Shown: positions 26,167 to 36,037 of the stretch, one piece after another
How the letters are laid out: each line of letters begins with the position of its first letter
How positions within the stretch are numbered: the stretch's first letter is position 1
Origin: Chloroflexota bacterium
GTDB lineage: Bacteria > Chloroflexota > Limnocylindria > Limnocylindrales > CSP1-4
DNA: 64,000 bases
Direction: 5' to 3'
NCBI GenBank assembly: GCA_021783095.1
Contig: JAJXUG010000002.1
Location: 29,286-93,285 of the forward strand
The notes under the pieces: generated by a model
The model's input: only the letters and a program-made list of their open reading frames with translations
What the model was told of the DNA's origin: nothing
Databases searched by the model: none
Made by a program: the position numbers and the translations under genes

Positions 26167-26291
26167 CCTGGACTCCTCAATGGACGCCGGTGCCTGCGGG
26201 ATCGGCAGGCATGCCGTCGCGGCCGAAGGCCTGCATTACACCGCAATCTGCGGCGGTTGTCCTGCCGGGGATATCGCGGGCGCGCCGCTCG

Positions 26292-26729
26292 TCAGGCGGG
26301 GGCCACCTGGCGCTTCGCCCAGGCGTAGAGCGCGTCGTACACCGGCAGCTCGAGGCGGAGCTGCTCCTCGTCGTCGACGCCCAGGTCCATGAAGCCGCGC
26401 GCGATCGCCTCGAGGCCGCGCGACTGCGGTGTGATGTCGGCATCCTCGCTGACGTCGGCCCCGTGGACAACCTTCGCGACGAGCGCGAGGGCCGGGTCCT
26501 CGCCGAGGTGAAACTCCTCGATGATGGTCTCGAATGAGCACTTCCCGTCGCGGTGGGTGTACTTCGCGCCCGGAGCGTCGAAGCTGACTGCCCCCTCGCG
26601 ATCGGCATAGGCGAGGACCTCGCCCCTCGGGACGTAGACGATCTCGGCTTCGGCCTCGATGAATCGCAGGATGAGCCACGGGCAGGCGATCCGGTCGGTG
26701 TGCGGGTGCTCTCGGGTGACCCATTTCAT
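26292..26729 (-). CDS. ChrB C-terminal-domain-like protein (chromate-resistance-associated domain)
   Basis: MKWVTREHPHTDRIACPWLILRFIEAEAEIVYVP... matches the conserved N-terminus of ChrB-domain proteins. Confidence 0.6.
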   Translation of the reverse strand: MKWVTREHPHTDRIACPWLILRFIEAEAEIVYVPRGEVLAYADREGAVSFDAPGAKYTHRDGKCSFETIIEEFHLGEDPALALVAKVVHGADVSEDADITPQSRGLEAIARGFMDLGVDDEEQLRLELPVYDALYAWAKRQVAPA

Positions 26730-26837
26730 GGCTGGGGCTCCTCCTTGGCGGGCGTGGAAGGCACGCGGCCTGCTGAACGGGCAGCAGTCGTGCCCGATCG
26801 GGCACGGAACGCACCGACTCGGCGTCGGGCTCGGGTT

Positions 26838-27128
26838 CTAGCGCGTCAGGACGGCGACGATGACGGCCGCGACCACGGCCGAGACGACGCCCACCGCGAG
26901 GCCCATCACGCCCAGCCGGCGGTCGACGGCGCGCTGGCGGACCCGGTAGACGAGCCCGGCGAACCCCGCCGCGACGACGAGTGCCATGAGATCCCAGGCG
27001 GCCTCCCCCCGGAGGCTTCGCACCATGACGAGGACCAGGACCCCGAACGTCATGATCGCGGCGACGAGGCGCTCGGCCTCGGCGTCGACCGCCCGCTCGC
27101 GCTCGTCGCGCTCCACCAGTCCGTTCAC
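26838..27128 (-). CDS. small membrane protein, partner of the XRE regulator
   Basis: 96 aa with 2-3 TM helices. GTG 27128 overlaps the XRE stop (GTGA). Confidence 0.55.
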   Translation of the reverse strand: MNGLVERDERERAVDAEAERLVAAIMTFGVLVLVMVRSLRGEAAWDLMALVVAAGFAGLVYRVRQRAVDRRLGVMGLAVGVVSAVVAAVIVAVLTR

Positions 27129-27355
27129 GAGGGGTCTCCTTCCAGCCAGAACAGCTCGGCGACCGGCACGGAGAGCACCTGGGCGAGCCGAAACGCGAGC
27201 AGCGCCGATGGCGTGTACTGGCCAGTCTCGATCGAGCTGATCGTCTGGCGGCTCACGCGCGCCGCCGCGGCGAGCTGCTCCTGGGACAGGTCCCGCTCGG
27301 CCCGGGCGACCCGAAGCCGGTTCTCGAGTCGGAGTTGGCCGTTTCGCACTGCCAT
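27125..27355 (-). CDS. XRE-family HTH transcriptional regulator (76 aa)
   Basis: LSQEQLAAAARVSRQTISSIETGQYTPSALLAFRLAQVLSVPVAELF is a Cro/C1-type HTH. Confidence 0.85.
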   Translation of the reverse strand: MAVRNGQLRLENRLRVARAERDLSQEQLAAAARVSRQTISSIETGQYTPSALLAFRLAQVLSVPVAELFWLEGDPS

Positions 27356-27498
27356 CCATCAGACTGTCGCACGTACTTGTCACTCTGTCAAGTGTACTTG
27401 GCATCGAGAGCGATGCCGGCCGCGTTGCGCTCGCGCCCCGGCGCCCGCCAGCCCGACGGGCGGCTCGGTTCGCGGCGGCGTGCCCGCTGGATCCCCGG

Positions 27499-28065
27499 TC
27501 ACCTCCCCGCGGTGCCGCTCCGACTCGTGGCCTGGCGGAGTCCCCGCAGCCGCAGGCCCATCGCAAGGGCGATGATCCCGGCGAAGATCGCGGACCACGA
27601 GATGTAGGCCACCGTGAGCAGCGCGCCCACGATCGGGAAGAGCAGGATAACGAGACCGGCGACCACGCGGATCGCGCCGACCAGGGCGATGAGCCACTCG
27701 TCGTCGACCTGCTCGCGGATGCGGTACGCGGCCAGGTAGTGCGCGACCCCGCCGACGACGAGCCAGGCGCCCAGGAGCAGCATCAGCGCGGCGATCGTTG
27801 GGCCGGGCAGCAGCGCGGCGAGGATCCCGGCGACGATGGACACGACGCCGGTGATGGCGAAGGGCCACGAGCGGCCGCGCTCCTCGGCGACCCGCATCCC
27901 CTCGACGATGGCCACGACGCCGCTGATGATCGCCCAGGCTGCGAACAGGTATGCAAGTGTGACCAGTGTCAGCCCGGGCAGGAGCAGGGCGAGGACCCCG
28001 AAGACCACCCCGAGGACGCCCTCGACGACCAGGACCCACCATTGACGGGAGGCGGCGGCAAGCAT
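27499..28065 (-). CDS. HdeD-family (DUF308) acid-resistance membrane protein
   Basis: Repeated GxxxxxG-rich TM helices typical of HdeD. ATG 28065 with GGAG 9 nt upstream. Confidence 0.7.
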   Translation of the reverse strand: MLAAASRQWWVLVVEGVLGVVFGVLALLLPGLTLVTLAYLFAAWAIISGVVAIVEGMRVAEERGRSWPFAITGVVSIVAGILAALLPGPTIAALMLLLGAWLVVGGVAHYLAAYRIREQVDDEWLIALVGAIRVVAGLVILLFPIVGALLTVAYISWSAIFAGIIALAMGLRLRGLRQATSRSGTAGR

Positions 28066-28111
28066 TCGATCGCTCCTGAAGCGCGAGCTGAGACCAGGCA
28101 CGCGCATCGTA

Positions 28112-29062
28112 ATGCGCCGGGCGGAAGGCGACCTCGTGCGAGCCTGTCCACCCGGGCGGCAGCCGGGATGCGACGATCAACGGGTGCGCCGCCTCCTCGT
28201 CGTCGACTTCGCCAACATCGCCCACCGCGCGTACTTCGCGGGCCGCGGCCGGCCGGCCTTCGCGCCCGATGGTCGCCCGACGTTCCTCGTGGGCACGTTC
28301 CTGCGCCTTGTCCTGGCACGGATCCGCGAGGAGGAGGCAACCCACGTCGCGCTCGCGTTCGAGAGCACGACCGGCTCGCGGCGCCGCGAGATCGACCCGA
28401 CCTACAAGCCGCGCAAGACGGCGGAGCCCGACGACCTGCTCCCGCAGCTGCGCGACGCCAACATCGCGGCCGGGCGGATGGGCTGGGCCCGCTACCGGGC
28501 CGAGGGCTGGGAGGCCGACGACGCGATGGCCGGGATCGCCGACGCAGCCGTGGCCGCCGGGTTCGACGAGGTGCTGCTGCTCACCGCCGACCACGACCTG
28601 CTGGGGATGGCCAGCGACCAGGTGGCGGTGCTCAGGCCGCGCTCGGGCGGCGGCGTCGACCGGTACGGGCCGGCGGAGGTCGAGGCGCGCAGCCCCTACC
28701 TCGTGCCGCCCGCGCTGGTCGCGGACGTGAAGGCCCTGATCGGCGACTCGACCGACGGCTACCCTGGCGTGCGCGGCATCGGCCCGGCGGTGGCGCCCGG
28801 CCTGGTGCGGCGGTTCGGTTCGCTGACGGCGCTCTACGAACGGATCGACGAGGTGCAGCACGCGAGCGTGCGCCAGCGGCTGATCGCCGGACGGGAGGAC
28901 GCCTTCCGCTGCCTCGACCTCGCGACGCTGCGGCGCGCCGCTCCCCTGTCCCCTGCCTTCGACCCCGATGCCGGCCGCCTGGGCTCGCACGACCCGGAGC
29001 GCGCGTCGGCATGGCTCGCGTCCATGGGCCTCGCGGACCTGCTCCGGGCCCGGGACGCGTAG
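28112..29062 (+). CDS. standalone 5'-3' exonuclease (FEN/ExoIX-like; Pol I N-terminal domain homologue)
   Basis: PIN-like 5'-nuclease core (LLVVDFANIAHRAYFA, AFESTTGSRRREIDPTYKPRKTAEPDDL, LLLTADHDLLGM) plus an H3TH region (GDSTDGYPGVRGIGPAVAPGLVRRFGSL). The true start may be the in-frame GTG near 28184. Confidence 0.75.
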   Translation: MRRAEGDLVRACPPGRQPGCDDQRVRRLLVVDFANIAHRAYFAGRGRPAFAPDGRPTFLVGTFLRLVLARIREEEATHVALAFESTTGSRRREIDPTYKPRKTAEPDDLLPQLRDANIAAGRMGWARYRAEGWEADDAMAGIADAAVAAGFDEVLLLTADHDLLGMASDQVAVLRPRSGGGVDRYGPAEVEARSPYLVPPALVADVKALIGDSTDGYPGVRGIGPAVAPGLVRRFGSLTALYERIDEVQHASVRQRLIAGREDAFRCLDLATLRRAAPLSPAFDPDAGRLGSHDPERASAWLASMGLADLLRARDA

Positions 29063-29252
29063 CGGGCGCGACGCCGGACGCCACTCCCGCGGGCAGCCCG
29101 AGGGGCCCACCGGCTGTCGTCGGGCGAGCCGACGGACAGCACGCCCATCCGAGACGATGGCGCGCCGTGGGCTCTCGGGCCGGTGTGCGTCACGGGCAGC
29201 GCGGACCGTCAGCGCTGCCCGTGACGACCAGGTCCGGCCCGATCCCGCTCCG

Positions 29253-31442
29253 CTACGAGGCGGCCCGCGCCGCCTCCGCCACCTCGTCGATGAGAACCTG
29301 CGCCCGGGCCGCGAGGGACTGCGCCTCGTGCTGCGAGATCGGCACGCCGGCGAAGTCAGCGCCGTTGAGCGCCGCCTTGATCTGCCCGGCCAGCGCGTCG
29401 CGCTGCGCCGTCCAGCCGGTGATCTGGGACTCGAGCCGCGCATAGGTGGAGTCGTCGCCCGCCGACCCGCTCGCGAGCGCCACGGTGGAGATGCGCAGGA
29501 TCGCCATGTCGAACGCGCCGAACGAGGCGTTGAGCTGCTTGTAGACGGGGGCGATCGTGGCGTAGCCGCCCGATTTCTTGACGGCGGCCGGCACCGCCCA
29601 GCCCGTCAGGTCCTCGAACAGGAGCCGCCCGTCGCTGACGTAGTCGTCCCGGAGGCCGAGCAGCGTCAGCATCGTCGGCCGGAGGTCGGTGTGGTCGGAC
29701 CAGGTGGTCATGTCCACCCCCTTGTTCACCACGCCCGGGCCCACCATGCCGATCCAGGTCGAGGCGATCTCGTCCTGGATGTCACCGTGGTTCCAGGCGT
29801 AGCTCTGGCTGGTCCGGGCCGGGATGGACGCGCACGCCCCCGGGGTGGCGCAAGCCGGTCCGCCTGTGGCGAAGAAGAACCAGTTGGGGTCCTCGAAGGG
29901 CGTGAATGTCGGCGTCCTGGCGGGGTCCGTCGTGACCATGTGCAGCGCCTTCATGCCGGCGTGGTCCGCCAGCGCCACCGTGATGTTGTGCTCGACGCTG
30001 CCGGTGTACGGGTTCTGCCACGACAGCGCGGCCACCTCCCGTTCAAGGGTCCGGGTGACCGTGTCCGTCTGCGCGGGATTGCCGGTGATGTACACGTTGG
30101 GGGCGTCATCGGAGTGCACCGTGAACGGCGTCGTGTCGCCGCTCTGGGTGAGGACCATGCGGCGGAGGTCGGCGTTGATCTCGCCCACCTGCGAGTACGT
30201 GCAGGGGACGGTCACGCCGTCGCAGCCGGCGGGCGACGGGCTGCCGCCGACGAAGTGGTCGCCCTCGTCGACGGTGAACACGAACAGCGTGTTCGACTTG
30301 TTGATCCCGTCGGCCGCGAGGCGCTCGAAGAAGCGCTGGAAGGCGAGGTCGTAGTCGTGCAGCTGCTGCACATAGCCGGCCTCGCCGGGGCCGTAGGCGT
30401 AGTGGATGCTGCCCGCGGTGCCGTGCCCGTCGTGGGCGTCGGAGATGTAGGCGTACGTGACCGGGATCCCGGCCTCCTGCATCTGGGCGACGTACGAGAG
30501 CGAGACCGTCGCCTCCATGCCGTCGAAGCCCGGGAAGCCGACGTGGCCGCGCGCGTCCTGGATCGTCTTGCCGCCGAGATCGGTGGGGTTGGAGCCGAAG
30601 CCGATGGCCGGGTCGACGTACTTGGCGCCGAACAGGCCCTGGTAGCCGGAGTAGCCGCCCGGCTCGTCGGGCAGCAGGTCCGGGCGGGAGTGGTTCGCGG
30701 ACGTGCACAGCGTGGAGCCCTGGGCGCAGTGGACGCCGAGGCCCACGAAGTCCGCGAACGCCTGGCCGGGGTTGGCCGCCACCTCGGCCGCCTCGGGCGA
30801 GTTCGCGCCGAACACGGTGGGGATGTCGATGGCGGTGTTCTCGAGGACGGTGTTGGCGGTCCCCACCGAGCCGACGTCGCAGCCGGCGCGCGTGTAGGGA
30901 ACCCACGGCGCCGGCGCCACCTTGCCGTTCTCGTTGATCATCGTGGGCGTGGTGTCGGTGGTGGTGCCGGCCGGGTCGAACAGGGGCGACGTCCAGTAGG
31001 CGAACGAGACGCCGGTCCGGGTGGTGCCGTCGGGCTTGAAGTAGCGGAAGCTGTTCGAGACCGGCTGCCCCATCCGGTCGGGGTAGACGCCGGTCAGCGA
31101 GGTGAGGATGCCGGTGGCGGTGTGGGAGATCAGGACCGTGTGGTCGTTGCCCAGCAGCGTGCCGTTGTCCTTGATGAAGTTGAGCAGGTGGGGCATCTGC
31201 TCGAGGTCAGACGGCACGTTGGGGCTGTCGCGCCGGAAGTGGGTGTTGTCGAACTGGATGTAGATGACGTGCTTCGTGTTGCCGCTCGGCGAGTTGAGCT
31301 GGCACGGTGAGCTCGGCGCGACCGAGCGGGTGATGTCCGCGGCAGTGGCCCCCGCTGCGGTGGTGAGCAGGCCGCCGGCGAGGGCGCCCGCGGAGGCGAG
31401 CGCAACCAGCCGATGGACAGACCGGTGCCGGGAGAACCTCAT
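29253..31442 (-). CDS. secreted phosphoesterase-family protein (PLC/AcpA-like phosphoesterase)
   Basis: Signal peptide. Block KHVIYIQFDNTHFRRD resembles the PF04185 N-terminal metal-binding block (KHVVVLMQENRSFD). 729 aa. Family assignment is tentative. Confidence 0.5.
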   Translation of the reverse strand: MRFSRHRSVHRLVALASAGALAGGLLTTAAGATAADITRSVAPSSPCQLNSPSGNTKHVIYIQFDNTHFRRDSPNVPSDLEQMPHLLNFIKDNGTLLGNDHTVLISHTATGILTSLTGVYPDRMGQPVSNSFRYFKPDGTTRTGVSFAYWTSPLFDPAGTTTDTTPTMINENGKVAPAPWVPYTRAGCDVGSVGTANTVLENTAIDIPTVFGANSPEAAEVAANPGQAFADFVGLGVHCAQGSTLCTSANHSRPDLLPDEPGGYSGYQGLFGAKYVDPAIGFGSNPTDLGGKTIQDARGHVGFPGFDGMEATVSLSYVAQMQEAGIPVTYAYISDAHDGHGTAGSIHYAYGPGEAGYVQQLHDYDLAFQRFFERLAADGINKSNTLFVFTVDEGDHFVGGSPSPAGCDGVTVPCTYSQVGEINADLRRMVLTQSGDTTPFTVHSDDAPNVYITGNPAQTDTVTRTLEREVAALSWQNPYTGSVEHNITVALADHAGMKALHMVTTDPARTPTFTPFEDPNWFFFATGGPACATPGACASIPARTSQSYAWNHGDIQDEIASTWIGMVGPGVVNKGVDMTTWSDHTDLRPTMLTLLGLRDDYVSDGRLLFEDLTGWAVPAAVKKSGGYATIAPVYKQLNASFGAFDMAILRISTVALASGSAGDDSTYARLESQITGWTAQRDALAGQIKAALNGADFAGVPISQHEAQSLAARAQVLIDEVAEAARAAS

Positions 31443-31672
31443 TCGTCATCTCCTCGCTGGACTTGGCGGACCGAGAGGCAGGACGCGGGCGGCGGCCACG
31501 AGGGCACGGGCGCTGGGCGCACCGTGGTTCCAGGGTTGTGGGGCAACGTTACGGCGGCGTGAACGCGCTGTAACCGGGGTAGGGCGATTTGCGATGCATC
31601 TGTAGTCGCGGGCTGGTCCCGCTGGGCCGGCTCCCCCACCCGTGCCAGTGACCCGGGCTACAATCTCGGTTC

Positions 31673-32131
31673 GTGCAGCGCCTCCAGGTCCCGAAGAACC
31701 ACCTGATGCTCATCGCGGGCGTCGTCTGGTGCCTGGCGGGAGCGATGGTCTGCCTCGTCGGGCTGCCGCTGCTGTTCCGCCTCGACCCCCTGGACCCTGC
31801 GCTGCTCCCCCTGGCGCTGGTCATCTTCCTCGTGTTCTACGTGTTCGTCTTCTCGCGCCTGGTGCGCAAACACACGTACCGCGTCCGCGCCCGGACCGAG
31901 GACCGGCTCCCCTTCTGGCACTTCTTCAACGCCTCGTCGTGGGCGGTGATGGCCGTCATGATGGGCGGCGGGATGACGCTCCGACTCTCGCACGCCGTCC
32001 CCGACTGGTTCATCGCGTTCTTCTACAGCGGCCTGGGCGTGGCGCTGTTCCTGTGCGGCCTGCGGTTCGTCGGCGTGTTCGCGCGCAAGGACGTGCTCGC
32101 GCTGGGGCCCGAGGTGGCCCGGGCCGACTGA
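31673..32131 (+). CDS. hypothetical integral membrane protein (4 TM)
   Basis: Very high GC3. A TACAAT -10-like hexamer lies ~20 nt upstream. Alternative ATG at 31706. Confidence 0.55.
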   Translation: MQRLQVPKNHLMLIAGVVWCLAGAMVCLVGLPLLFRLDPLDPALLPLALVIFLVFYVFVFSRLVRKHTYRVRARTEDRLPFWHFFNASSWAVMAVMMGGGMTLRLSHAVPDWFIAFFYSGLGVALFLCGLRFVGVFARKDVLALGPEVARAD

Positions 32132-32465
32132 TCGCGGCGCCGGCGGCGGTGCCCGCCGCCCAGCCCGTGCCGACTGCGCCCGCCCAGCCCGCGCCGGGAT
32201 GCACACAGCGGCCCTGACGGAGCGCGATCCGCCGAACCGGCCGGCCCGTGCCACAACCAGCCCGGCCGCGCCTCGATTGGGCGCACCCAGCGGGTCACTC
32301 AGCGGGTGGTCCGCTCACATGGCCGCTGGCGATGGCCAGCCGTTTGAAGCCCGGCGGAGCGTTCGTCAATGGTCGGCGACGGCTGCGCGCGCGAACCGCG
32401 CGGGGGCGCCGGACATGCAACCATCGAGGGCGGAGGGAAGCCGGCACGATGCGAGGCGGACGACG

Positions 32466-33695
32466 ATGACAACCAAGTCGATGGACCTCGGCGAGGCGGC
32501 GGGGGCGTCGGCCGCCGCCATCGCGCAGGTGGAGGCCCACGCGGCGCACAACTACCACCCGCTGCCCGTGGTGCTCGCCCGGGGCGAGGGCGCCTGGGTC
32601 TGGGACGTCGATGGCCGTCGCCACCTCGATCTGCTCGCCGGCTACAGCGCGCTCAACTTCGGGCACCTCCACCCGCGCCTCGTCGCCGCCGCCGAGGCCC
32701 AGCTGCACCGCCTGACGCTGACCAGCCGCGCGTTCCACAACGACCTGCTCGGCACCTTCGCCGAGGAGGTCGCTGCGCTGTGCGGCATGGACATGGTCCT
32801 GCCGATGAACACCGGCGCCGAGGCGGTGGAGACCGCGATCAAGATGGCCCGCAAGTGGGGCTACGAGCGCAAGGGCGTCCCCGAGGGGCGCGCGAAGATC
32901 GTGGTCATGGGCGGCAACTTCCACGGCCGCACCACCACCATCGTCGGCTTCTCGGACGACGCGGCGGCCCGCGACGGGTTCGGGCCCTTCACGCCCGGCT
33001 TCGTGCGCGTGCCCTACGGCGACGCGGCGGCGCTGGCCGAGGCGATCGACGACCAGACGGTCGCGGTGCTGCTCGAGCCGATCCAGGGCGAGGGCGGCGT
33101 GGTCATCCCGCCCGACGGGTACCTGCGCGCCGTGCGGGCCCTGTGCACCGAGCGCGGCGTGCTGATGCTGGCCGACGAGATCCAGTCGGGGCTCGGCCGG
33201 ACCGGCGAGACCTTCGCCTGCGACCACGAGGGCGTGGTGCCCGACGCGTACATCCTGGGCAAGGCGCTCGGCGGGGGCATCCTCCCGGTGTCGGCGGTGG
33301 TGGCCGATCGCGACGTGATGAGCGTGTTCCGGCCCGGCGAGCACGGCAGCACCTTCGGCGGCAATCCGCTCGCCTGCGCGATGGGCATCGAGGTGGTCCG
33401 GATGCTGCGCACCGGCGAGTTCCAGGCGCGGGCGCGCGACCTCGGCGAGGTGCTGCGGCGGCGCCTCGCGGACCTTCCCGCGAGCCGGGTCGCCGGGTTC
33501 CGCGCCCGCGGGCTGTGGGCCGGCGTGGACGTCGTGGGCCGGACCGGCCGCGACGTGTGCGAGGGCCTCCTGCGGCGGGGCGTGCTGGCGAAGGACACGC
33601 ACGGCAGCACCATCCGGCTCGCGCCCCCGCTCGTGATCGAGCGGGCCGACCTCGAGTGGGCACTCGACCAGCTGGCTGAGGAGCTCGGCTCCTAG
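32466..33695 (+). CDS. rocD: ornithine aminotransferase (ornithine--oxo-acid transaminase, class-III PLP enzyme)
   Basis: HNYHPLPVV, LTLTSRAF, LPMNTGAEAVETAIK, GNFHGRT, EPIQGEGGV and GSTFGGNPLACA match RocD-type aminotransferases. ATG 32466 with GAGG upstream. Confidence 0.85.
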   Translation: MTTKSMDLGEAAGASAAAIAQVEAHAAHNYHPLPVVLARGEGAWVWDVDGRRHLDLLAGYSALNFGHLHPRLVAAAEAQLHRLTLTSRAFHNDLLGTFAEEVAALCGMDMVLPMNTGAEAVETAIKMARKWGYERKGVPEGRAKIVVMGGNFHGRTTTIVGFSDDAAARDGFGPFTPGFVRVPYGDAAALAEAIDDQTVAVLLEPIQGEGGVVIPPDGYLRAVRALCTERGVLMLADEIQSGLGRTGETFACDHEGVVPDAYILGKALGGGILPVSAVVADRDVMSVFRPGEHGSTFGGNPLACAMGIEVVRMLRTGEFQARARDLGEVLRRRLADLPASRVAGFRARGLWAGVDVVGRTGRDVCEGLLRRGVLAKDTHGSTIRLAPPLVIERADLEWALDQLAEELGS

Positions 33696-33715
33696 GCGCC
33701 AGCTCGTGGGGCCGG

Positions 33716-35764
33716 GTGAGGCGCGGCGGACCTTCCGACGGCGGCCCCGGCGGACCTGGGCCACGGTACCTTCGTCGGAGTCGCGTTCCGGCCCCGGATG
33801 CTGCATCATTCGCGCGTTCGCGCTCGAGCCCGCGCCACGGCTCACCGCCCCGGACCACGTTGACCGACTCGCCCGCCCTGATCGACCCGAACGGACCGGT
33901 AGGCATCGGCCTGGGTGAGGCCGCGCCGACGATAGAAACGGCCGCGGCGGTGCTCCCCTCCCCCACCGCGCCCCGCCATCGGGGGCGCCGGTTCGGGCTC
34001 TTCCTCGCCTCCTTCGTCCTCGGCCTCGCCGTCGCCCTGACCGTGACCGGCGCCGGGCTCGCCGCCTGGGACTCGGGCTACGAGGCGCGTGTCCTGCCGG
34101 GCGTCCACGTCGGCGGGGTGGACCTCTCGGGCCTCGACCGGGCCGGGGCCGCGGCGGCGCTCCGGGCGGCGTTCCCGTACGACCAGGGGAAGCTCGTGCT
34201 GCGCACACCGAGCGGCGACATCACGGTGCCCTACAGCGCCTTCGGCCGCCACGCCGAGGTGGACGCACTCGTCGACGAGGCCCTCGCGTCGGCCCGCGGT
34301 GGCGACCTCGCCACGCGCGTGGCGAGCGAGCTGGGACAGGCGATCCACGGCGTGACCCTCGCGCCACGCGTCGGCCTCGACCAGCAGGCCCTGGGCGATG
34401 CGATCCGGGCGGCGCTCGCCCCGCTGCGCTCGAGCCCGGTCGACGCCACGATCGCGATGACCAACAGCGGGTCGGTGACGACCGCTGCCCGCGACGGGAC
34501 CGCGGTGGACCCCGAGCCGGTCATCGCCGCTGCGCTCGCCGCGGTCGGCTCAATCGGCGCACCGTTCGTCGTCGTGGTTCCAGTGACCACGACCCGCGTG
34601 CCGCCAACCGTCTCCGACACGAACGTGAGCACGGCGTCCGCCCTCGCCGAGCAGGCCATCGGCCCGATCACGGTCGCCTTCGGCAAGAGCACCTGGACGA
34701 TCAAGGAGGCCACCGTCCGCACGTGGGTCGGGTTCGGGACGGCCCCGGACGGCTCGATCCGGCCAACGGTGGACGCCACGAAGATCCCTGCGTCGCTCAA
34801 GGGCGTCGCGAAGACCGTCCTCAAGCCCCCCAGGTCCGCCGTCTTCCTCCGCGCGAAGGGCGGCAGGATCGTCGGCGTGGCGGCCTCGTCCGACGGGCGC
34901 ACGCTCGACGTGGCGGCCACATCCAGCCGCATCGCGGCCGCGATCCTCGGGCGCATGTTCGGCGGCACGGCGACGCCGGTGAAGGTGGCCACGGCCCCGC
35001 TGCCGCCCAAGCTCACCACCGAGCAGGCGAAGCTCAAGGCGCCGGTCCTCACGCTGCTCGGCACCTGGACCACCTGGTTCCCGATCAACGACCACAACTA
35101 CTTCGGCGCGAACATCTGGCTCCCCGCGCAGCTGATCAACGGCACCGTGGTCGGTCCCGGCGGCACCTTCGACTGGTGGAACGCGATCGGCGACGTGACC
35201 ACCTCCCGCGGCTTCGGGCCCGGCGGGGTCATCAAGGGCAACCACACCGACCCGACCGGCGCGATGGGCGGCGGGATGTGCTCAAGCTCCACCACGCTGT
35301 TCAACGCGGCGCTCCGGGCGGGTCTCCAGATGGGCGCCCGGGGGAACCACCGCTACTACATCAACCGGTACCCGCTCGGGCTCGATGCCACGGTCTGGAA
35401 GATCGGCAGCGCCGTGCAGGACATGTCGTTCACCAACGACACTGCCCACTCGATCCTGATCCTGGGCATCAAGACGCGCTCGGGCGGCACCGGCTACGTC
35501 ACCTATCAGATCTGGGGCATCCCCGACGGCCGGACCGTCTCGCTCTCGGGGCCGATGGTGAGCAACGTGATCCAGGCGACCACCAACACGGTCTACGTGG
35601 ACACGCTCCCCCACGGGGTCAGGCAGCAGACCGAGTACCCGTCGAACCAGATGGACGTCGCGGTGAGCCGCGTGGTCCGCGACAAGGGCGGCCGCGTCAT
35701 CCACTCCGAGGTCTGGCGGTCGCACTACGTGCTCTGGAACGGGATCATCCAGGTCGGCAAGTAG
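33716..35764 (+). CDS. VanW-family protein with N-terminal TM anchor
   Basis: C-terminal VanW block (WFPINDHNYFGANIWLPAQLINGTVVGPGGTFDWWNAIG...GGGMCSSSTTLFNAALRAG...NHRYYINRYPLGLDATV). Start uncertain (GTG 33716 or a later in-frame start). Confidence 0.75.
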   Translation: MRRGGPSDGGPGGPGPRYLRRSRVPAPDAASFARSRSSPRHGSPPRTTLTDSPALIDPNGPVGIGLGEAAPTIETAAAVLPSPTAPRHRGRRFGLFLASFVLGLAVALTVTGAGLAAWDSGYEARVLPGVHVGGVDLSGLDRAGAAAALRAAFPYDQGKLVLRTPSGDITVPYSAFGRHAEVDALVDEALASARGGDLATRVASELGQAIHGVTLAPRVGLDQQALGDAIRAALAPLRSSPVDATIAMTNSGSVTTAARDGTAVDPEPVIAAALAAVGSIGAPFVVVVPVTTTRVPPTVSDTNVSTASALAEQAIGPITVAFGKSTWTIKEATVRTWVGFGTAPDGSIRPTVDATKIPASLKGVAKTVLKPPRSAVFLRAKGGRIVGVAASSDGRTLDVAATSSRIAAAILGRMFGGTATPVKVATAPLPPKLTTEQAKLKAPVLTLLGTWTTWFPINDHNYFGANIWLPAQLINGTVVGPGGTFDWWNAIGDVTTSRGFGPGGVIKGNHTDPTGAMGGGMCSSSTTLFNAALRAGLQMGARGNHRYYINRYPLGLDATVWKIGSAVQDMSFTNDTAHSILILGIKTRSGGTGYVTYQIWGIPDGRTVSLSGPMVSNVIQATTNTVYVDTLPHGVRQQTEYPSNQMDVAVSRVVRDKGGRVIHSEVWRSHYVLWNGIIQVGK

Positions 35765-36037
35765 CCGGGGAGCGCTGCGGCGGCTCGATCGCCCCCGCAG
35801 CCGCGGTCGGTGCTCCCGCTCGCAAGCACGGCCCGACCGCCTGCCGGCACCCGCCGACGCTCGGCGTCGCCTTCTGCGGCCGCGCCGCGCGGGCGGGGGT
35901 AGTACCAACAGTCCCGCCGGGCGGTCCGATCGACCCATTCCCGGGCCGAGGCACACCCCCGACGCTTCCCTGACAGAACGCCGAGCCGGTGCCGCCCTTT
36001 GCACCGGCCGTGCCGCCGATCCAGGGGGGCACCGATC

